Assembly (NCBI GenBank): GCA_043797665.1
Contig: JAZDPL010000049.1
Coordinates: 1 to 11,225, forward strand
DNA length: 11,225 nt
Direction of reading: 5' to 3'
Origin: Candidatus Omnitrophota bacterium
GTDB lineage: Bacteria; Ratteibacteria; UBA8468; MWAK01
Part shown: piece after piece, positions 1-5,209 of the stretch
Position numbering within the stretch: the stretch's first letter is position 1
Layout of the letters: every line of letters begins with the position of its first letter
Position numbers and translations under genes: made by a program
Notes under the pieces: model-generated
Database searches by the model: none
Told to the model about the DNA's origin: nothing
What the model saw: the letters and a program-made list of their open reading frames with translations, nothing else

Positions 1-880
1 GGATGCCCTTTTCAATATGAATGGGCAAGGGAAAGAAGATGAGGCCGAGCAATCTTACAAAAGAATGGCTGAAGGTTAAAAGCCGGAGGTACAGGTTGGG
101 AACGCCCTCCGAGTAAAGATTGGAAAAATTTAATACGGTCAGCCGTAAGGTACTGTAGATTGCTGCAAGTACAAAGAACGGAACGGTCTTCAGATAAAAA
201 AGTCTTTCTCTTTTTACTGAATAAAGCCCCGCCAGTATAAGAAATGGTAGAATTATCGCCATCTCCTTGGAGAAAAGCGCCAGGATAAAGAAGAGCAAAG
301 AAGAAAGGTAATAAGTAAGGTTTTTTCTTCGGAGGATATGGTAAAAGAAGAAGAGAAAAGAGAGAAGGACAAATGCGGCCGCCTGAGAATCTGCCCGGGA
401 GGCGATGTAGTCAACGACCGTGCTGTTAACCGGATGGACCAGGAATAAGAGCGAAACCAGGAAAGCCGGGGTTCTTTTCCCGAAAAGGAGTTCAATGATG
501 AGGAAGATTGCCCAGGCGGTAAGGAGGTGGAAGAGAAGGCTGGTAAGGTGATAACCGAAAGGGTTGGTTTTCCACAAGGCGTAATCAAAAGTCAGGAAAA
601 GAGTCTGGAGCGGCCGGTAGAAATTGCTGCTACCCGCAGTACTGTAATAGAGGTGGTGTTTGAATATTTCCGGTAAGTACCGGAAACTCTGGACAAAGTG
701 GTTGTCCAGAATCAGGTAAGGGTCATCCCAGATAAAAGGGCTGTGCAGTGAATTCCCGTAGACCAATAAAGAAACAGCAAAGAGTATCAGGAAGATTACA
801 AAGTTATTGGGGAAGGAAATTCCCGTATCAGGTAACTGTTCTTTCCCCGTTTTTTTCTTTTGTAATCGTTTCTTTCCCAT
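1..880 (-). CDS. TMTC-like (GT-C fold) membrane glycosyltransferase, N-terminal part; runs off the window start
   Basis: Manual translation from the ATG at 880 is open to the window edge: MGKKRLQKKK...VYGNSLHSPFIWDDPYLILDN...NFYRPLQTL...NPFGYHLTSLLFH...LLFLVHPVNSTVVDYIASRAD...LALFSKEMAIILP. The WDD, YRPL, GYH, HP..R.D and SKE motifs plus many hydrophobic segments match the TMTC/GT-C family. It is absent from the ORF track because no stop lies in the window. Confidence 0.85.
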   Translation of the reverse strand, partial: MGKKRLQKKKTGKEQLPDTGISFPNNFVIFLILFAVSLLVYGNSLHSPFIWDDPYLILDNHFVQSFRYLPEIFKHHLYYSTAGSSNFYRPLQTLFLTFDYALWKTNPFGYHLTSLLFHLLTAWAIFLIIELLFGKRTPAFLVSLLFLVHPVNSTVVDYIASRADSQAAAFVLLSFLFFFYHILRRKNLTYYLSSLLFFILALFSKEMAIILPFLILAGLYSVKRERLFYLKTVPFFVLAAIYSTLRLTVLNFSNLYSEGVPNLYLRLLTFSHSFVRLLGLIFFPLPIHIEKGI

Positions 881-888
881 ACTACTTC

Positions 889-958
889 CATTATACCACT
901 TAAGGCGACAATTCGATTCTTTGACAGACATTATACCTTGAGGTATAATACCTCTCAG
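889..958. promoter_or_regulatory. Divergent sigma70-type promoter region with palindromic -10 elements
   Basis: Plus strand: TTGACA (921-926), 17-bp spacer, TATAAT (944-949), a perfect consensus. Minus strand: TATAAT at 935-930 and an extended TGGTATAAT at 898-890. Inverted repeat ATTATACCT-TG-AGGTATAAT at 930-949. Confidence 0.8.
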
Positions 959-976
959 TATATTTTCAAGAGAAAG

Positions 977-1309
977 ATGGACGCAGTGCTGGAAAAATTC
1001 CTAAAGGGAGTGAAAGATTCAGGTTTGAGAAGGAGCATAGAAAGAATCTATCTCTTTGGTTCCCGGGCAAAGGGAACAGAAAAGCCGAATTCTGATTACG
1101 ACTTACTGATTGTGGTCAGGGGCAATTCAAAGACAAATAAGAATAAAGAGTTTCGAGAAAAGATCTATGATGTAGTGGTAGATACCCTTCTGGAAACGGG
1201 AAGGGATATCTCCCTTAAGATTTTTAGAAAGAAGGAATTTAACAGACTTTGTAGAATGGAGACACCTTTTATGCGGAGCGTGTTGAAAGAGGGGATAAGA
1301 ATTGGATAA
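977..1309 (+). CDS. Minimal nucleotidyltransferase (MNT) domain protein, MntA-like antitoxin 1
   Basis: IYLFGSRAKGTEKPNSDYDLLIVV fits the GSx10DxD motif and the gene overlaps a HEPN gene. The ATG at 977 is preferred because the TTG at 938 lies inside the promoter. Confidence 0.88.
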   Translation: MDAVLEKFLKGVKDSGLRRSIERIYLFGSRAKGTEKPNSDYDLLIVVRGNSKTNKNKEFREKIYDVVVDTLLETGRDISLKIFRKKEFNRLCRMETPFMRSVLKEGIRIG

Positions 1310-1709
1310 AGGGACTTTGTATTTAATTGAGGGCTATTTAGAAAGAGCAAGAGAAAAATTAAAAAGCGCCGTTGATCTTCTAAAAGCAAATGATTGGGAT
1401 GACTGCGTTTCCAGAGCATACTATTGCGCATTTCATGCCACCCAGGCCCTTCTTCTTTCCGAGGGATTGTCAGCAGACACACATCAAGGGATAAGAAATC
1501 TATTTGGGTTATATTTTGTAAAGACAGGGAAGTTTGACAAAAGGTTTGCTCGTATTTTATCCAACTTAAAAGATGACCGGGAAAATGGTGATTATGAAAT
1601 ATTTTCTGCCATTGATAAAGAATCCGCCGAAGAATCTCTTAAAAAAGCCGGGGAATTCCTGGAAAAGGCAGAACAGTATTTGAAAAAGTATCTCAAAAAA
1701 GGAAAATGA
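1302..1709 (+). CDS. HEPN domain protein (UPF0332-like), partner of MNT 1
   Basis: SRAYYCAFHA, THQG and DRENGDY motifs; 135 aa, helical; 8-bp overlap with the upstream MNT gene. Confidence 0.88.
   Translation: MDKGTLYLIEGYLERAREKLKSAVDLLKANDWDDCVSRAYYCAFHATQALLLSEGLSADTHQGIRNLFGLYFVKTGKFDKRFARILSNLKDDRENGDYEIFSAIDKESAEESLKKAGEFLEKAEQYLKKYLKKGK
1635..1709 (+). repeat. 75-bp direct repeat, copy 1 (3' end of HEPN gene 1)
   Basis: 68/75 identical to 2527-2601 by manual alignment. Confidence 0.95.
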
Positions 1710-2020
1710 AAACAGCAAAAGATAAGGAAAAAGTGGGAAAGTTATTAAAAGATGTCGCTGATTTTTCTAACTTCCTTGCGGAAAAATATAGACTGAAAAG
1801 AGTCTATTTATTTGGTTCTTTATCAGAAGGACTATTTTTAAAGGGCTCAGATGTAGATATAGCGGTTGAGGGGATGGATTTCCAGGACTACTTAAAGGCA
1901 TTGGCTGAATTCAGGTATATTGACGGTGTCCTTGTAGATATTGTTCATCTGGATTTTTGTAAGCCAGACTTAAGGCAGGCCATTTTAGAGAATAAAGGGG
2001 TGAAGATTTTATATGAATGA
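1706..2020 (+). CDS. MNT domain protein, antitoxin 2
   Basis: VYLFGSLSEGLFLKGSDVDIAV (GSx10DxD) and a later VDIV strand; ATGA overlap with HEPN gene 1. Confidence 0.88.
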   Translation: MKTAKDKEKVGKLLKDVADFSNFLAEKYRLKRVYLFGSLSEGLFLKGSDVDIAVEGMDFQDYLKALAEFRYIDGVLVDIVHLDFCKPDLRQAILENKGVKILYE

Positions 2021-2534
2021 CCGGGAAATTATTAAGTATCTTATTGAAAATATTCGGCGGGAACTCTCTAATTTAAATGAGATCTGTCTTCAGATATCCC
2101 CCCTGATTGAAAAGACAGGAAAAGCAGATGATAAAGAAAGAGTTTTTTATAATCGGGCTGCTGGTTCCATACTCCATGATTTTTATACAGGCTTAGAAAA
2201 GATATTTTGCAATATCACCAATAGATTAAACAAGGGTTTACCCGAGGGAGAAGACTGGCATATACAACTTCTTAGGAATATGGCAGAACCAAAGGGTAAA
2301 AGACCCCAAGTTATATCTTTAGAATTAATGGAAGAACTAAAAGAGTATTTAGGTTTTAGGCATCTTTTCCGAAATATCTATGGCACGCAACTTAAATGGG
2401 ACAAATTGAGATTCCTTTTGGTTAAGATTCAAGATACTCTATGGAAAAGATTAAAGGATGAAGTTGATTTATTTATAGAATATTTGGAAAGAGAGAAAGA
2501 GAACAGGAAAAGATGGAATATTTTTTTCTATTAA
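2013..2534 (+). CDS. HepT-like HEPN ribonuclease-family protein, partner of MNT 2
   Basis: LHDFYTGLEKIF, P.GEDWH..LL..M and YLGFRHLFRNIYG motifs, typical of HepT-like proteins; overlaps the MNT 2 stop. Confidence 0.85.
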   Translation: MNDREIIKYLIENIRRELSNLNEICLQISPLIEKTGKADDKERVFYNRAAGSILHDFYTGLEKIFCNITNRLNKGLPEGEDWHIQLLRNMAEPKGKRPQVISLELMEELKEYLGFRHLFRNIYGTQLKWDKLRFLLVKIQDTLWKRLKDEVDLFIEYLEREKENRKRWNIFFY

Positions 2535-2601
2535 AGAAGCCGAGGAATTTCTGGAAAAGGCAGAGCAGTATTTGAAAAAGTATCTCAAAAAAGGCAGATG
2601 A
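2527..2601 (+). pseudogene. 75-bp direct repeat, copy 2: orphan C-terminal fragment of a HEPN-1-like gene
   Basis: Encodes SIKEAEEFLEKAEQYLKKYLKKGR* versus SLKKAGEFLEKAEQYLKKYLKKGK* in HEPN 1; the rest of the gene is absent. Confidence 0.9.
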
Positions 2602-2622
2602 GATAGTAAGCGGAGGTAGACG

Positions 2623-3120
2623 ATGGAGCGAAAAGGATTTGCGCAATATTGGGTGAGGTCAATTACCAGTCTGTTTTTTATTCTATTAGCCGTTTCTCTT
2701 GTTTGGACCAGCCAGATTTCAGCCGGGGAGGCAAAGAAAGAAGAAAAGGTAGAAAAATCTGTTAAGTCTCTAACCGGTGAGGTAGGCGGTGTCGGACCGA
2801 ACTTTCTCGCCATCGTCTACGCCAAAGACGAGGAGAAGGGTATTGAGTACGAAATGGCTTTGCCTCTTGACGAAAATGCCCAGTTCCAATCCGTTGATAA
2901 TTTAAAAGACTTAGAGATTGGCGATAAAGTTACCATCCAATATGAAGAAGAGACTACCACTCACCAGGAAAAAGTTACGGACGAAAAAGGAGCGGTAAAG
3001 GAAGAAGAGAGAAAAGAGATAAACCGAAAAGGCAAGGCAATTAAATTTAATAGTAAGCCAGCCAAGAGCAGTATTTACGTTGGAAGCGAAACCAGTACCG
3101 AATCTAAGCCGAGCGAGTGA
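2623..3120 (+). CDS. Exported small protein, paralog A (possible OB-fold)
   Basis: GGAGGT RBS upstream; N-terminal hydrophobic signal-like segment; the core LTGEV...LKDLEIGDKVTIQYEEE resembles periplasmic OB-fold patterns (inference); paralogous to 4719-5135. Confidence 0.8.
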   Translation: MERKGFAQYWVRSITSLFFILLAVSLVWTSQISAGEAKKEEKVEKSVKSLTGEVGGVGPNFLAIVYAKDEEKGIEYEMALPLDENAQFQSVDNLKDLEIGDKVTIQYEEETTTHQEKVTDEKGAVKEEERKEINRKGKAIKFNSKPAKSSIYVGSETSTESKPSE

Positions 3121-3177
3121 CAAAGTTCCTGAAAAGAAGAAGTCCCCACCTATTAGCCAAAGATACCTTGCCGTAAA

Positions 3178-3286
3178 GTGCCAGGCACCATTTCCGTAAC
3201 GTGTCATTCCCGCGTGCCGTAAGCGGGAATCCATTGAATTCCGTATCAAGTACAGAATGACAAACAATAAAAAGGTGCCAGGCACC
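3178..3286. repeat. REP/REPIN-like cluster upstream of the RAYT-like gene
   Basis: Palindrome GTGCCAGGCAC at 3178-3188 and GGTGCCAGGCACC at 3274-3286. They bracket a doublet at 3202-3262 with inverted ends TGTCATTC...GAATGACA and an internal ATTCCCGC-N9-GCGGGAAT hairpin. Confidence 0.8.
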
Positions 3287-3287
3287 C

Positions 3288-3349
3288 TTGACAAGTTCCT
3301 GGGGTTTGCGGTATAACAGAATACAAACAAAAAAATAATTAAGAAGGAG
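3288..3349 (+). promoter_or_regulatory. Putative sigma70 promoter and RBS of the RAYT-fusion gene
   Basis: TTGACA (3288-3293), 18-bp spacer, TATAAC (3312-3317); AAGGAG at 3344-3349 before the ATG at 3356. Confidence 0.65.
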
Positions 3350-3355
3350 AAAAAG

Positions 3356-4708
3356 ATGCCACGCTTACCGCGAGCCAGTTTAGAAGGTGTCTTATACTAC
3401 ATTACTTCTTCAGCGATGCCGGACAACCGGCTCTTTGGGAATCCCGAGGACTACAGAACTTACCTTACTCTTTTAAGAAACAATCAATCCAAATTTAAAC
3501 TTTTTGCTTTTTTTCTCCAGCCGGACCAGATTACCCTCCTTTTGGAATTAAAACCCCAAGCTTCCCTTTCCCATGTTATGCATACCATCAATAATTCTTA
3601 TACTAAATACTATAATAGCCGGTATGGCGAGACCCCCCACCTTTTTAAAGGAAGGTACGAAAGCAAGATTCTGGAAAGGTCTTACCTCCTGAAAACCGTA
3701 GACTATATCCATTCTTTATGCGCCAATTGTCATTCTGACCCTGAACGAAGGGAAGGGGAAGAATCTCTCTATAGTAGTTATCCTATTTATCTTGGGCAAC
3801 AAGGTTCTATTCCTATTCCGGAGGAGATGAGAGAAGTTATGAATTATTTGGCTCCGGATGAAGCCTACCCTGAACATTTGAAGAAGGTTACTGAAGAAGC
3901 CGAAAGGTTAGGGCTTCTTTTGAACAAAAAGCGAATCATCGGCTCCCGAGAGTTTATCAGAACGATTCGGGAAAAGATTGAATCTTCCGGAAAGAGTAGA
4001 ACGGAAGAGGGGCAGACGGCATTTCTGGATTCCCGCTTACTATCCGCGGGAATGACAGAGAGGAGACACGAGGGAATACGGGCCCCTTTCCCCAATCTGA
4101 CATTGGGGTCCCTCCATCTTGATGATGGAGTCCTCGCGTCCTCGGATGGGAAAGGGCAGATGGGCAGGAATCCAGAGAATAAAACAGCGAATCTTCCTAA
4201 AAGATTTGTTTTTGGTGTAACCAGCCTTATTCTTTTATTTGCTTTTATTTACCCCTGGTACCAATCGGAAAAAAGAATGAACCTTGCCCGAACTCAGATT
4301 GATTTACTTCAGAAAGAGTTGGAACTGGCAGAAAAGAACCTTCAGTTGGCCCAGGTTCCGGACTATTTAGATGGTTCAAAATGGTTAGTTACTCTTAAAT
4401 CTTCTTCAGATACTGAAGCAATTAAGGATGAAATAATCTTCCACGAGAAGAAGGTTATCTCTAAGAATTTAATGGAAAAAGGGTTTTCGCCCACTAAATA
4501 TTCCATAAGTTTTAAGAAAAATGGCCTGATGGTCTGGGAGAGTATTCAGACAAACCCTGATGGACAGACCGTAAACTGGTACGGAATCTACGATGGGAGT
4601 ACGATAAAAGGGGTATTGTCAGAGAACATCGGCGGCCCTGGGGAGAAAATATTCTCTTTCATCTCAATTAAAAAAAAGTTGACCGAGTCAAAAAATTTAA
4701 TGGGCTAA
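3356..4708 (+). CDS. Degenerate RAYT/Y1 (IS200-like) transposase domain fused to a TM helix, coiled coil and extracytoplasmic beta-rich domain
   Basis: The N-terminus follows the RAYT pattern (MPRLPR...GVLYYIT...LF..PEDY..YL...FKLFAFFLQPD...YTKYYNSRY...HLFKGRYES...YIH...YSSY), but the HUH position reads Q58-I59-T60. TM segment FVFGVTSLILLFAFIYPWY at 4205-4261, then a heptad-rich stretch, then a ~110-aa beta-rich domain starting LDGSKW. Confidence 0.85.
   Translation: MPRLPRASLEGVLYYITSSAMPDNRLFGNPEDYRTYLTLLRNNQSKFKLFAFFLQPDQITLLLELKPQASLSHVMHTINNSYTKYYNSRYGETPHLFKGRYESKILERSYLLKTVDYIHSLCANCHSDPERREGEESLYSSYPIYLGQQGSIPIPEEMREVMNYLAPDEAYPEHLKKVTEEAERLGLLLNKKRIIGSREFIRTIREKIESSGKSRTEEGQTAFLDSRLLSAGMTERRHEGIRAPFPNLTLGSLHLDDGVLASSDGKGQMGRNPENKTANLPKRFVFGVTSLILLFAFIYPWYQSEKRMNLARTQIDLLQKELELAEKNLQLAQVPDYLDGSKWLVTLKSSSDTEAIKDEIIFHEKKVISKNLMEKGFSPTKYSISFKKNGLMVWESIQTNPDGQTVNWYGIYDGSTIKGVLSENIGGPGEKIFSFISIKKKLTESKNLMG
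3728..3766 (+). repeat. REP-like element (TGTCATTCTGA...GAAGAATCT type) translated inside the RAYT domain
   Basis: TGTCATTCTGACCCTGAACGAAGGGAAGGGGAAGAATCT shares the TGTCATTC head with other REPs in the window; it encodes CHSDPERREGEES. Confidence 0.65.
4024..4058 (-). repeat. 35-bp REP-like palindrome translated in the RAYT-fusion linker
   Basis: TCTGGATTCCCGCTTACTATCCGCGGGAATGACAG is the exact reverse complement of 7364-7398 and is related to 3202-3233; it encodes LDSRLLSAGMT. Confidence 0.92.
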
Positions 4709-4718
4709 GGGAGGGAAT

Positions 4719-5135
4719 ATGAAAACCAAAATTATCCTTTTGACGTTGCTGACTTTTCTCTTTTGCGGTATAATGTTTGCCGCAGAGGAAAAAGGGACAG
4801 AAAAGAAAGACGTAACCCGGAAAACGCTCACCGGTGAGGTCAGCGGTCTTGGTCCCAATTTTATCGCCATTACCTATCAGGTTGATACCGCAAAAGGGGT
4901 GGAATATGAGATGGCTCTGCCCCTTAAGAAAGATGCGCAGTTCCAGTTCATAAAGAGTTTAAAAGAATTGGGTATTGGAGATAAAGTTTCCGTAATTTAC
5001 GAAGAAGAAAAAACCTCTTCGGTGGAAAATGTTAACGATAAGGAAGAGGTAAAAGAAAGTGTTAAAAGGGAAGCAACCCTGGTAAGGCTTGAGGGTAAAG
5101 CACCCAGCAGCGCTATCTATACCGGGAGTGAATAG
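4719..5135 (+). CDS. Exported small protein, paralog B (possible OB-fold)
   Basis: GGGAGG RBS; classic signal peptide MKTKIILLTLLTFLFCGIMFA; 41/63 identical to paralog A over the core; shared C-terminal S.IY.GSE motif. Confidence 0.85.
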   Translation: MKTKIILLTLLTFLFCGIMFAAEEKGTEKKDVTRKTLTGEVSGLGPNFIAITYQVDTAKGVEYEMALPLKKDAQFQFIKSLKELGIGDKVSVIYEEEKTSSVENVNDKEEVKESVKREATLVRLEGKAPSSAIYTGSE

Positions 5136-5140
5136 GAGAG

Positions 5141-5200
5141 GTAGTCGCAGGCTTCAGCCTGCGCAACCTTGAGATGTAGGGGTCGGATTTATCCGACCCG
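5141..5200 (+). repeat. Two tandem GTAG-type REP palindromes
   Basis: GTAGT-CGCAGGCT-TC-AGCCTGCG (5141-5163) and GTAG-GGGTCGGAT-TT-ATCCGACCC-G (5176-5200). A GTAG tetranucleotide followed by a hairpin is the hallmark of RAYT-associated REPs. Confidence 0.8.
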
Positions 5201-5209
5201 CGGAGAAAA

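Noticed and set aside
253..588. 111-aa minus-strand ORF from the track
   Set aside because: It is an alternative frame overlapping the TMTC-like gene (880 to <1), which carries the family motifs.
938..976. N-terminal extension of MNT 1 from the TTG at 938
   Set aside because: The TTG lies between the -35 and -10 of the consensus promoter, so it would not be transcribed from it; the ATG at 977 fits better.
3178..3290. Mini CRISPR array
   Set aside because: There are only two short 11-13-bp palindromes, the intervening sequence is itself a REP doublet, and no cas genes are present.
3356..4000. Active IS200/IS605 element or TnpB-associated system
   Set aside because: The HUH motif is absent, there is no tnpB gene, and the domain is fused in frame to a membrane anchor.
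5141..5200. Rho-independent terminators
   Set aside because: The hairpins lack U-tracts and carry GTAG heads, so they are better explained as REPs.
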